Positions 1 to 9,768 of a DNA stretch of 36,333 nt are shown one piece after another. The notes under the pieces are model-generated. The model searched no databases. It saw nothing but the letters and a program-made list of their open reading frames with translations, and was not told the DNA's origin. The number at the start of each line of letters is the position of its first letter. Position 1 is the stretch's first letter. The DNA comes from a virus (taxonomy: Duplodnaviria; Caudoviricetes), in IMG/VR virus record IMGVR_UViG_3300030095_005826, positions 1-36,333 of that record. One strand, 5' to 3'. A program made the position numbers and the translations under genes.

Positions 1-1607
1 AATAATATTTCATTTCTTTTAGGTAAAGTTTCATTTACAATATACGAGTAATATTTATTATCTTTCTTTTTAAATCCTGAAACCACTAAATCTTGCCATG
101 TGCTTTCTGCTGAAGCACTTGTTGATACATATGCTGGTATTGGCGCTCCATTATCACTATCGGTTGTTATTGATTCTACAGACCACCCTGTATCTCCTTC
201 ATAGTTTAATGTTCTAAAATATTTTACAGTTGATGGAGGTCTGTTAAATATTAAATCAACCGTTGAGGCGGATGTAGTTGCCCCATAAAAAGAGCCTCTA
301 TTTGCATCTAAATCATAATGTTTATATAAATCATTTATACCATATGTATAAAAATCTGCATCTATGCTACCTCCAAATGATGGTTTGTAATTATAAAAAG
401 AAGACCAGCCATTAATATCTTCGTCAAAAGTAACCGTTTGAAATCCTCCTGTAAAGTCCCTTAAGTGAACGGTTATTATATCTCCCGCTGCAGGCGCCTG
501 AACTAATGTTACGACTCCTGTGCTTGTATTGTAAGTATATTCAGTTCCTGCTGTTAAAGGTATTGTTGCACTAAAATTTTGTTGAAACACTTCTATTTGA
601 GATATATCTGTGGGATCTGGTAAATTTATTGTTGCAAAGTCTTTATCTACAATGCTAAATGCTAAAGAAAAAGTAGCTGTACTTCCATCACAATCAAAAG
701 TGTTTGTTATATTATCTTCTTGCAATGATAATACATATTTTTTTCTATTGTTATCCCATATTCCTATTACAGAATCAATAAGTTTTAAGCTTGTTTTAAA
801 ATAATCACGCATACCAAAATTAGATATTTCAGTAATACCATCTCTTGATAATCTTAAAACAACCCCATTGTTTTTATCTACAAAATATTTTCTGCCTGCA
901 TGATAAGCAAAACTTTCAGGGTTTTTACTTATTCCGTAATTACCAGTATATGCAACAACCTGTCCTAGTACTTGATCTGACGATGTTACTTGAGGGTCTC
1001 CTTCTGCTGTAAATATAATGTCTTTGTCTATAAGTATGTTATGCACTTTGTTTTCTTGAAAAACATTTAAGTTGTTATCTTCTGCAAATAATTTTTGTAT
1101 TGACCCAAATGATGAATCAATTGATTTTGTATTTGGAATAGCAGGATTAAATTGATTTATTTCATTTGTTCTTGTTCTTCCATTATATATACCTGAATAT
1201 ATAAGTGAAGCTTCTCTTGTTTCGGGTGTATATTCATTATCTGTTATTGCTGCTCGTACACCAAAATCTACTGTTTTTCCGTTAAAAGCACCTCTTATTC
1301 TTGATTCTTCTATGTGCCAGTTTTTTACTACTACTAATATTGATACTCCATTACCAGGAGCAGATGTAAATGTAATTACTCTTGTTTTGTTTGAATAAAC
1401 ATAAGCTGTTGCAGCTACTAATACATTGTCATGATAAACTTGGAATTCTGATTCTGAATTTGGTACCGCGTATACAGTTCCTCCGCTTTCTTCTGCAATA
1501 GTAAACGTTGTATCGCTATCATCACCAGTTCCAACTACTTGATGAGTAACTTCAGAACTCTTTATAACAAAGGTGTTAAAGTATTTAATTTCAAGTGTTA
1601 CTGCCAT
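1..1607 (-). CDS. Tail nozzle/stabilisation protein, C-terminal half (runs off window start; absent from ORF track)
   Basis: Manual translation from ATG at 1607: MAVTLEIKYFNTFVIK...WHIEESRIRGAFNG...LIYSGIYNGRT...FGSIQKLFAEDNNLNVFQENKV...YGISKNPESFA...GVVLRLSRDGITEISNFGMRDYF; the same frame is open at the window edge. Motifs resemble crAss-like muzzle/stabilisation proteins. Confidence 0.8.
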   Translation of the reverse strand, partial: MAVTLEIKYFNTFVIKSSEVTHQVVGTGDDSDTTFTIAEESGGTVYAVPNSESEFQVYHDNVLVAATAYVYSNKTRVITFTSAPGNGVSILVVVKNWHIEESRIRGAFNGKTVDFGVRAAITDNEYTPETREASLIYSGIYNGRTRTNEINQFNPAIPNTKSIDSSFGSIQKLFAEDNNLNVFQENKVHNILIDKDIIFTAEGDPQVTSSDQVLGQVVAYTGNYGISKNPESFAYHAGRKYFVDKNNGVVLRLSRDGITEISNFGMRDYFKTSLKLIDSVIGIWDNNRKKYVLSLQEDNITNTFDCDGSTATFSLAFSIVDKDFATINLPDPTDISQIEVFQQNFSATIPLTAGTEYTYNTSTGVVTLVQAPAAGDIITVHLRDFTGGFQTVTFDEDINGWSSFYNYKPSFGGSIDADFYTYGINDLYKHYDLDANRGSFYGATTSASTVDLIFNRPPSTVKYFRTLNYEGDTGWSVESITTDSDNGAPIPAYVSTSASAESTWQDLVVSGFKKKDNKYYSYIVNETLPKRNEIL

Positions 1608-1637
1608 AGTTTTATTATTACGTTTATTATCAAAATA

Positions 1638-4600
1638 TTAACTTGAAGAGTTTGTAAAACTAATAATGCCAAATACAACGTCTCCTTGAGAATCAGGGTT
1701 AGCTGTTAAATTAATTTCTGTAGTACCTATAGTTGTTGAATATGAATTACCGCCTACAGTACGTGTCCCTTTACCTGTAAACCTTATTGTAAACGTTTCA
1801 TTACCTGTTCCTAAAAGAGGAGAACTTGTTACCGCAGCTACATCATTGTTTCTTACATTGCTACTATTTAAAGCTACAGATACCGCTGTGCTTGTTGTAT
1901 TGTCTTTTTGAATTGTAATTGCTACATCTGTTGTTTGGTTAAGAGTTCCATTTATTGATAATCCTGTAGATACATAAGATTGATCAGATGATATTGTAAC
2001 CCCGTTTACTGAAATAGCGGTTACTCTTGGAGTTCCTCCTGTATTAGCTTCAGTGCTTAAGTACATATTAACATAAGACCTAAGCCCATCTGGCACGTTT
2101 GCTTGTATTGTTGATGTTGGCAGTAAGGTTAAAATTGTATCTCCTGAAGATAAAGTAGGAGTTGGAATATCAAAAGTAGCTTCTGAATGTCCTCCTTGAA
2201 TATATATATTGCCTATAGAGCTACCGCTTCCACGGTTTATAGTTGGCACGCCGCTAAATTTATAACCTGATACTGACGTTATTGTTATCGTATTACCTCC
2301 AATTCCAAATGCGGTATTACCACTTCCAAACTGATCTCCCGTACCACCAAAACCTGTATTTATATATGTAGGACTTACTGTATATCCTGAATTTTGTGCT
2401 ACAAAATATGCATCATTTGCAGATTGATAAGTTGTGTTTGCTGATATTTTAAAAGTATAATTTATATTACCTCCTACAGCTTGATTTGGATGCGTTCCGC
2501 TAAAACTAATTGTAACTGCATTTCCTGAGCCCTCTGCTATTACTTGAGTAAAAGGACTTGTATTGTCTTCTACTGACACATTTGTAGTAGCGCTAAGATT
2601 TACGCTTGGATGAGTTACAGTAAATGTCATTTGACTTGTAAAAGAAGTTCCAATATCGGATGTAGCATACGTTAATGTTTTAGATGTTGCATCAACTGTA
2701 ATACCACTAGCTAGGTCATTATTACTATTTGACATTGTTATTGTAGCATTTTGTGCACAAGCTGTTACTTGTAAAGCTACAGTTGCAGAAACAAATGCGT
2801 TTCCTTTTTCTAATGTTGTAACAGATGCCGTACTTCCTGCTACGCTTCCATCTACAGTTGCTTTTTCATTAAACGCTGCTACTACTATACTCCCTGCAGA
2901 AGTTGTACCTGTTATATCGTTACATGACCCTTGTCCTGTTAATCTTAATATATATCCACTTACTATTGATGCACTAATTTTTGATGCTGTTGCAGAATTA
3001 CTTGTTATTTCAAAAAACTTACCATTTGTAAAGTAATTTCTTAAATCTATATCTGTTGACCCAGTAATTACAGTTGACTGTGTTGGTATACTACCAATAG
3101 TTAATGTAGGTTGTATACTTGGTTGAACTATGTTGTATGTAAAGTCCGCAGCATTTGGATTTGTAAAGGTAGATCCTGGAGTTATATTTAAAGTTAATGT
3201 TCTTAAAGTTGCAACTGTAACTGTTGTTAAATTTGTTGAAGCATTATTAGTAAGAGCATTACTTCCTAATTTTACACTATTTAAAGAATCTCCTTGCTGA
3301 ATTGTTCCTTGTGTAAATACAGCGTTTTCTGCTATAGAAAACCCTGTGGGTATTGCATTTACTGGTACTGTATATGTAACTGAAGCTGGTGCGGCTGGCT
3401 GTATAACGTTTTTTACAGCTGTGTATAAATAATCTGTTGAAGCAGAATTACTAAATCCACTTGTAGGTATTTGTATTCTTATAGTATTACTAGCGGCACC
3501 ATATGTTGTAACTGTACCATCAGATCTTCCTAAAGCTACCGATACAGTATTCGAGTTACTTGAATTTGCTGCAACAGTTCCTGCATATAAAACTTCAGGC
3601 GAATTTCCTGCAACAGTTGTAACAGTACCACTATGATTTACACTTATACTACCTGTCCAGTCAGAAACTTGAAATAAACCAAGCGCAGGAGTTGTAATTT
3701 GTATTGGCCCTTGTATTGTAGTTCCTTCTGAGTTTGTTGCAAAAGCCCATACATAAAATAATGTATTTAACGCTGCATCTGTTTTATTATGAGTAAATGT
3801 ATGAGGTATACTTGAACTATTTTTAGCTTCTTCTGTTGCGTTAGCGAACACATCTGTTGTTCCTATTTTAAACCCTCTTGCAGAAACAGTTGCATTACCG
3901 CTATTACTTATAGTTGCTGAAACTGTAAATTCTGCTGCTGAGCTTGATGTAGCACTAGTTGATGATAATGATAAATCTGAAAATATAGGTGTTGTTGTAC
4001 TAAGACCTCCTGTAGCCGCTTGCGTAGCAGTCGCGCTCATAATTATGTTTTGTCCAGCATTAGTATATCCGTTTGGAGCAGTTATAGTTAATTGAGCTGT
4101 TCTTGTAGTACCTGTGCTTACACGATTATAATCAAACCCTACAGTTTGACTTGCATCCGTAGTTGCATTAACATATACTACTGATTGTAACGAACCTAAA
4201 TTTATACTTGGAGCAGTTATAGTTCCATCTGCTGCAACCGCAAAACTAGACACTGTTACACTTGCTGAAGTAAACGCTCCTGTTTCTAAAGCATTCAACT
4301 CGTTTATCAAACCGGTAGTTGAGGTTTCAAAATAAATGTTTATTTCACTTTCAATAGGTTTAGTTTCAAATACTGCTAAATCTATATACTTGGCTCTTTT
4401 TATATATGATGTAACGCTAAGATCAGGTTTTGCTCCATTATCAGTACCAGTAGTATCGGTAAATAACATTCTTACTCCATGAATATCTGAATCATTTGAC
4501 GTTTCTCCATAAGGAGGTAACTGAGCTATTAAATGATTATTTTCTCTTTGGTAAAATGGTCCTCCTGCATCATCAGTAAGTGAAGATGATCTTATATATT

Positions 4601-7010
4601 CTTGAACTGTATTTATATTAATCGATTTAAAATCACTTAATTTACCTATTCCAGTTATTGGTATTTCATCTTCTGCTGATAATAACTGTATTCTTTTTTC
4701 AGAATTAAACGCAATTTGCTTTGCTATTTGTCCTGACGAGGCGTCGGTAACTTCTGAATCAGCAAATCCTGTTTGACTACTTGAATTTGCTACAGTATTA
4801 AATGTTAATTGCGTTACTTCTAAAAATCCTACATCAGCATCTGCATTTAATTCCGGAAAAGTTAAAGACCATATATATTGTTTTTTACGCGCTTCAAGCG
4901 AAACAGAAGTTAAAGTGCTATCAAAAGTTGACGTGTTGGTTATAGTACTAGTACATGGTCTATATTTAAAAGTTCTAGCAGAAGAAGTATCCCTATTAAA
5001 AATCATGTATTGGTTACACGAAAATACCATTGCATTTGAATCTGTTAAAATTCCACCCGTAGTTGCGCTTCTTGTTCCTGTAGTTGTAGTCGTAGTTGTA
5101 TAAAAAGCTGTATTTATAACTTTTGGAAATAATACTGTATCTGATCTAGCTATAGAATTATCTGCAGAAATAGTTTCCATTAATCTTGGAATTTTATTTA
5201 TATTATCTCCAAATAATGTTATATAAGAATTATTGTCAACAATTGTTGCTCCGGGGGTGTATACATTGTAATATTCTTGTTCTAATTGTTTTACAACAAT
5301 TCTATATGAATACCAACCATATGGATTGTATGTTGCATAAATACCGCTATCAAGTTCATTAGAATAAACATCTGTATCTGGTATTAATTTACCGCTTTGT
5401 GCATTAAATGTTATTTTTAAATTATCTCCTACCCAGCTATTAAACTCTGCTGCTGTTGTTCTAGCAGGCACTGTAACTATAGAATTTGATGCTGTAGAAG
5501 GCAATATAACAGGTGATTGTCTACCAAAAATATCAGCTAAAACAATTCCTATTTGATATGTTCTTCTTTGCTTTAAAGAACTATCAAGGTATTCATGATT
5601 TGCTAATACTACTGTTATTGCTGCCCCTGTTGCAGGAGCGGTTGTAAATGTTACAACACCTGTAGTTGGCGCATATGCATAATCTGTAGCTGTTACTAAT
5701 ACATCATTTATATATATGTTAAATTGATCTTTATTTGTAGGAGGTATACTTGTAGAGCCACGTGTTGGTGATTTTAATGTTAATGTAAACGCTGTAGTGC
5801 TATTATCACCTGTAAAAGTTTGTGTTCCTTTTGCTCCAAATGAAACAGTATAGTCTAATGTTGGAACAGTTGTATTTTGTGAATAATTACCAAAAACTAG
5901 TCTATTACCTACAATATCTAAAGCTTTTGCTTTTGTAGGTACGTTATCAAAAACTCTTGTTATTTGGTCTTCTGGTAATGTTTCTTGAGGAGTGTCTGAT
6001 TTATATGTATAAGTATAAAATGTTGCACTAATATCTGCATCGGTTAATGTTTTAGTTTCAACTATTCTTGCTACAGTGCTATCAGATTCTTTAATAATAA
6101 TTTCAACTTCTTTTATTTCAAAATCTGCATTAGGATTTATACTAGGTAATTCAATACCTAAAACAGCGGTATTTATGTGATTTATCATACCATCTAACTC
6201 TGTAGCTTGATATGCTCTTGCCTCCGCTGCCTCATTAAATGTGCCGTATTCAGTGCCTGACTTGTAAGAATGTTGAAAAGCTATTTGAGTAAAGGGAGCT
6301 AATACTGAATATTCATTATCATTAAATTTATATCTGTATGAAAATCTTACAAATTCTTCTTCTATATAATCGTTATTAAGCGTTGCATCATTGCTCATTG
6401 TAGATGTGCCGGCTATATCATTTTCTGTCATAAACACAACAGGCGTATAGGGAGCATACTTAGCTAAACTTATTTTTAATTCATTATTATAAAAAGCTGT
6501 ATCCCCAATTGCTTTTACTACATTAATTCTTCTAGGTTGATTTTTATTGTCTGTCCAAAACAATAAATCATCTATCATTGCAACTCCTGTTATTTTATAT
6601 TTTTTGCTAAATTTTAAAAATCTTCCAGTAACAATTGCTTTTGCTGTTTTAAAAGTAGCGCTAGCAGGATTTGCATCATAATAATAAATAGCATGAAAGC
6701 GCGGATTAGTTACAGTTGAATCTATATACCAGTCTGTAGCCGATAAATCATTATTATCAGTAACAAACCAATATATACGTTTATTTTTTTCATCAAAATA
6801 CGTTCCTATTACATCAATATCTGTTGAAAGACCTAATGTTGTGTGAGCTATTGTATTACCAGCAGCGTTTTGTATAACACCTACATTTGAACCATCAGGT
6901 TTTAATACTTCAATATTTTGCGCATCTCTGTATTCTCCCTCTGGTAGAAGTCTATCGTCCAGGTCTTTATTCATTTTCCCCCCAAGGAAAGTATTTTTGA
7001 TTTCTGGCAT
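1638..7010 (-). CDS. Tail nozzle/stabilisation protein, N-terminal half with long Ser/Thr-rich beta/Ig/FN3-like extension (1790 aa)
   Basis: N-terminus MPEIKNTFLGGKMNKDLDDRLLPEGEYRDAQN, LLFWTDNKNQPRRINV, RFSYRYK, GNRLVFGNY, YQIGIVLADIFGRQSPV motifs; position after the ring proteins. Confidence 0.8.
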   Translation of the reverse strand: MPEIKNTFLGGKMNKDLDDRLLPEGEYRDAQNIEVLKPDGSNVGVIQNAAGNTIAHTTLGLSTDIDVIGTYFDEKNKRIYWFVTDNNDLSATDWYIDSTVTNPRFHAIYYYDANPASATFKTAKAIVTGRFLKFSKKYKITGVAMIDDLLFWTDNKNQPRRINVVKAIGDTAFYNNELKISLAKYAPYTPVVFMTENDIAGTSTMSNDATLNNDYIEEEFVRFSYRYKFNDNEYSVLAPFTQIAFQHSYKSGTEYGTFNEAAEARAYQATELDGMINHINTAVLGIELPSINPNADFEIKEVEIIIKESDSTVARIVETKTLTDADISATFYTYTYKSDTPQETLPEDQITRVFDNVPTKAKALDIVGNRLVFGNYSQNTTVPTLDYTVSFGAKGTQTFTGDNSTTAFTLTLKSPTRGSTSIPPTNKDQFNIYINDVLVTATDYAYAPTTGVVTFTTAPATGAAITVVLANHEYLDSSLKQRRTYQIGIVLADIFGRQSPVILPSTASNSIVTVPARTTAAEFNSWVGDNLKITFNAQSGKLIPDTDVYSNELDSGIYATYNPYGWYSYRIVVKQLEQEYYNVYTPGATIVDNNSYITLFGDNINKIPRLMETISADNSIARSDTVLFPKVINTAFYTTTTTTTGTRSATTGGILTDSNAMVFSCNQYMIFNRDTSSARTFKYRPCTSTITNTSTFDSTLTSVSLEARKKQYIWSLTFPELNADADVGFLEVTQLTFNTVANSSSQTGFADSEVTDASSGQIAKQIAFNSEKRIQLLSAEDEIPITGIGKLSDFKSININTVQEYIRSSSLTDDAGGPFYQRENNHLIAQLPPYGETSNDSDIHGVRMLFTDTTGTDNGAKPDLSVTSYIKRAKYIDLAVFETKPIESEINIYFETSTTGLINELNALETGAFTSASVTVSSFAVAADGTITAPSINLGSLQSVVYVNATTDASQTVGFDYNRVSTGTTRTAQLTITAPNGYTNAGQNIIMSATATQAATGGLSTTTPIFSDLSLSSTSATSSSAAEFTVSATISNSGNATVSARGFKIGTTDVFANATEEAKNSSSIPHTFTHNKTDAALNTLFYVWAFATNSEGTTIQGPIQITTPALGLFQVSDWTGSISVNHSGTVTTVAGNSPEVLYAGTVAANSSNSNTVSVALGRSDGTVTTYGAASNTIRIQIPTSGFSNSASTDYLYTAVKNVIQPAAPASVTYTVPVNAIPTGFSIAENAVFTQGTIQQGDSLNSVKLGSNALTNNASTNLTTVTVATLRTLTLNITPGSTFTNPNAADFTYNIVQPSIQPTLTIGSIPTQSTVITGSTDIDLRNYFTNGKFFEITSNSATASKISASIVSGYILRLTGQGSCNDITGTTSAGSIVVAAFNEKATVDGSVAGSTASVTTLEKGNAFVSATVALQVTACAQNATITMSNSNNDLASGITVDATSKTLTYATSDIGTSFTSQMTFTVTHPSVNLSATTNVSVEDNTSPFTQVIAEGSGNAVTISFSGTHPNQAVGGNINYTFKISANTTYQSANDAYFVAQNSGYTVSPTYINTGFGGTGDQFGSGNTAFGIGGNTITITSVSGYKFSGVPTINRGSGSSIGNIYIQGGHSEATFDIPTPTLSSGDTILTLLPTSTIQANVPDGLRSYVNMYLSTEANTGGTPRVTAISVNGVTISSDQSYVSTGLSINGTLNQTTDVAITIQKDNTTSTAVSVALNSSNVRNNDVAAVTSSPLLGTGNETFTIRFTGKGTRTVGGNSYSTTIGTTEINLTANPDSQGDVVFGIISFTNSSS

Positions 7011-7014
7011 TTAT

Positions 7015-8118
7015 CTAGTGTTTAATCTGTTTAGATTTATTTCTCATTGTAGCTGCAATTTCAGCAAGCTTAACATTTGAAAGTCTTAGCTTAGCATTTC
7101 TCATAGCCGCTCTACGCTCTCTTTTAAATCTATTTACAATGTATTCAGGAACATTTTGTTTTGAAGATAAAATAGCGTAAGCAACATGCTTGTATAATGC
7201 TTCCTCTGCCATTTTATGTATTTGCATTTCTGCATCAGTACCTAAGCCGTCTGATATATAATGAAGAGTTAGCGTTTTTTCTGATAAGTTACTGCTAAAT
7301 CCAAATTGCCCATTTGCCTCATCATTTACAAATACGCCATTAACTTGTAAATGTTCTGGATGACTTCCATATCTTCTACCAAACCCTATTATACTATCGC
7401 TGTAATCTGAATTGTGTGTAAAGTAATCATTTGCACTAGAAGAACCTAATGCTGCGTTTGTTTCAATTCCTTCAAATAAAGGTATTGTTTGACTATCTGC
7501 TTGCAATAATGAATTATCATTATCATATAAATATTCTCCGTCTGTATCTTGTAATGCTGTTTGTGAAGGTCTAGAAGTTTGGTTCGTAGGATATATACGT
7601 CTTTCTAATCCATTATCATCTATCCAAGATAGTTTTACATAATTAACATAATCTTGAGGCATTGGCACAACTAATGTAGTAGGAATTGAAACTTCAAATA
7701 TTTTTTCAACTCTTGAAACATCGTAACTAAATTCTTGGATTGCTCTTTTTGCATGAAATAATATATCTTGTTTTGTAGTGTGATCAATAATTTTTCCATC
7801 CCCTACATACCCTACTAAAAAGTTATTTACTATATCCGCTAAAGATATATATCTATAATTACCTGTATTTTGATCTTGTAGTAAAACTTTTATTACAGCC
7901 CCGTTTGCTGGTGCTGTTGTAAATGTAATTACCCCTGAGCTGCTATTATAGCTATGTAAATCATCATCAACCTCTAGTCCTGCTATAAAAATTCTAAAAA
8001 CAGATTCAGCTGTTGGTAAAGGAGTAAGCGTTAATGTAAATGTTGTAGTACTTCCGTCTCCTGTAAATAGCTGTGAACCTTCGTAATATTCTCTTGCTGA
8101 TTGTGTAATTAGTCCCAT
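7015..8118 (-). CDS. Tail ring/adaptor (tail tubular) protein with N-terminal beta-module
   Basis: 367-aa ORF; FHAKRAIQEFSYD and PQDYVNYVKLSW motifs; synteny downstream of the major capsid gene. Confidence 0.7.
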   Translation of the reverse strand: MGLITQSAREYYEGSQLFTGDGSTTTFTLTLTPLPTAESVFRIFIAGLEVDDDLHSYNSSSGVITFTTAPANGAVIKVLLQDQNTGNYRYISLADIVNNFLVGYVGDGKIIDHTTKQDILFHAKRAIQEFSYDVSRVEKIFEVSIPTTLVVPMPQDYVNYVKLSWIDDNGLERRIYPTNQTSRPSQTALQDTDGEYLYDNDNSLLQADSQTIPLFEGIETNAALGSSSANDYFTHNSDYSDSIIGFGRRYGSHPEHLQVNGVFVNDEANGQFGFSSNLSEKTLTLHYISDGLGTDAEMQIHKMAEEALYKHVAYAILSSKQNVPEYIVNRFKRERRAAMRNAKLRLSNVKLAEIAATMRNKSKQIKH

Positions 8119-8121
8119 TTA

Positions 8122-8823
8122 TTATGTATTTTCTTGATTAATTTTTTGCACTTCTTCTTGTTTAGCAATTTGAACCACATTAGGATCTTTAATAGTAACT
8201 CCAGCTAAAGACAATATTTTAATTATTAAAGGTACTTCTTCAGAGTCATGGAGTTGAAAATTTATTGATGACCCACTTGCATAAGCCATATCTCCATAAG
8301 TAGCTCCTGAAGTAAATGCCCAAGTTGGGTCTGCTGGTTTAAAAAGATAATCTAAAGTAGCTGATGATATAGTATCGGGAAGCACATATATATTAGAACC
8401 TTGTTTATAATATATTGGAAATGAAGTGCTTGGTGCTGTTAATTTTGAAGATGTAACTTGTGGCAAATCTGATTTTTGTATTTCTTGTATTTCTGTAGCT
8501 CTTGAATCTGTGCTGATCATTATACATCTATATAAATTTGAAGGAGTAGAGGCTATGCCGCTTGAGAAAGTTAATGTTGCCGATGTAGAAAATACATCTA
8601 TTTTTTCTTTTGTGCTTTTAGCAAGATTTGCATATTCATCATTTATTGTGCCTGTTTCTTTTCTTGTTAAATATCTGTTGTAGTCAGAAAAAGATTTTTC
8701 AAATAAATCAAGTTGTGCCATTCGGGCAAACCTATTATATTGATCAGGTGTCATGAATCCTCGTTGCTCTCTATTAAGAAGAGATAGTACGGTTCTATAT
8801 ACTGTATTTACATTTATGGCCAT
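8122..8823 (-). CDS. Tail ring/head-tail adaptor protein
   Basis: 233-aa ORF; NREQRGFMTPDQYN and FQLHDSEE...ILSLAGVTIKD motifs; synteny. Confidence 0.7.
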   Translation of the reverse strand: MAINVNTVYRTVLSLLNREQRGFMTPDQYNRFARMAQLDLFEKSFSDYNRYLTRKETGTINDEYANLAKSTKEKIDVFSTSATLTFSSGIASTPSNLYRCIMISTDSRATEIQEIQKSDLPQVTSSKLTAPSTSFPIYYKQGSNIYVLPDTISSATLDYLFKPADPTWAFTSGATYGDMAYASGSSINFQLHDSEEVPLIIKILSLAGVTIKDPNVVQIAKQEEVQKINQENT

Positions 8824-8836
8824 ATTATTATTTATT

Positions 8837-8868
8837 ATAGCCTTAGGCCCAATTAAGGGCCGTGACTA
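8837..8868 (-). terminator. Intergenic stem-loop (weak terminator or processing/stability hairpin)
   Basis: Minus strand TAGTC-AC-GGCCC-TTAATT-GGGCC-TAA-GGCTA; no U-tract. Confidence 0.45.
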
Positions 8869-8875
8869 TTATTGA

Positions 8876-9694
8876 CTATTTTAATCTTTTTTCAACAGCT
8901 GTATAAACTTCAACTCCTTCATCGGTTTTAAAGAATGCTGTTAAAGCAGAATATGGATTTTCTTCATAAGGAACTGTAACTAATTTTTTATTACTTGATC
9001 CCCAGGTAAATGTTCTTTGATCCGCTGAAAGTTTAATAATACCTGCTTCAACTGCTCTAATACCCATATTTCTAATATTTATGTTTTCATCAGAAGCTAA
9101 TTCTAAGAACATTCTAGGATCTTTCTTAGCTAGATTAATCAAATCACGTTTAAGTTCCTTAGAAGTCATCTGAGACGCTTTATTTCCAACTTCTGTACGC
9201 ACTATAGCTTCAATCTGGTCAATATCCATGTCCATTGCTATGTTTAAAGCATCAACTTCCATTTCAATAAAGTCTAATTCATCCTCTGCTCGTGCTGCTG
9301 GATCAAATTCAAAAAACAATCCATTTCTTTGTGGATGATATAACGATAAAAGTTTTTGTAGTGTTTGTTTAGATTTTGGTACAGTTAACCGCCCGTCTTC
9401 AAAAGTTATATGTTCTAATTTTGAATCTCCTACAAACTCATCTACAAACGGTGTTTTTTGATTTGTTGTATATTTTAATTCTCTTTCATATCCTTTTTCT
9501 TCATCAAAATAGTATATGTTAGAGCTTTTTATTGTATAAGTAAGTGGTGATAAACCATCTTTTAAGACATATATTCTGTCTTTTAACGGCCAAGTAGGGT
9601 TTTTTACTACTGGCTCTTGTTTAATAATTTCTTTAACAGGTGCTTCTGCAACGACTGTTTCTGTGCTCTTTTGAGCTTTTGTTTTTTTATTCAT
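8876..9694 (-). CDS. Hypothetical protein following the major capsid gene
   Basis: 272-aa ORF with normal codon usage and an A/T-rich start context. Confidence 0.8.
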   Translation of the reverse strand: MNKKTKAQKSTETVVAEAPVKEIIKQEPVVKNPTWPLKDRIYVLKDGLSPLTYTIKSSNIYYFDEEKGYERELKYTTNQKTPFVDEFVGDSKLEHITFEDGRLTVPKSKQTLQKLLSLYHPQRNGLFFEFDPAARAEDELDFIEMEVDALNIAMDMDIDQIEAIVRTEVGNKASQMTSKELKRDLINLAKKDPRMFLELASDENINIRNMGIRAVEAGIIKLSADQRTFTWGSSNKKLVTVPYEENPYSALTAFFKTDEGVEVYTAVEKRLK

Positions 9695-9717
9695 GATATA
9701 ATATAATATAAGTTAGT

Positions 9718-9758
9718 AAAAAGTAAAGCTAGGGCACTAATACAATGCCCTGCTCTAC
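9718..9758 (-). terminator. Rho-independent terminator after major capsid gene
   Basis: Minus strand GTAGAGC-AGGGCA-loop-TGCCCT-A-GCTTTAC followed by TTTTT. Confidence 0.8.
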
Positions 9759-9768
9759 TAAGAAAAAT

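Noticed and set aside
7015-8878. Possible TAG stop-codon reassignment as in some crAss-like phages
   Set aside because: Genes are intact under code 11, and TAG ends two genes at sensible boundaries (7015, 8876).
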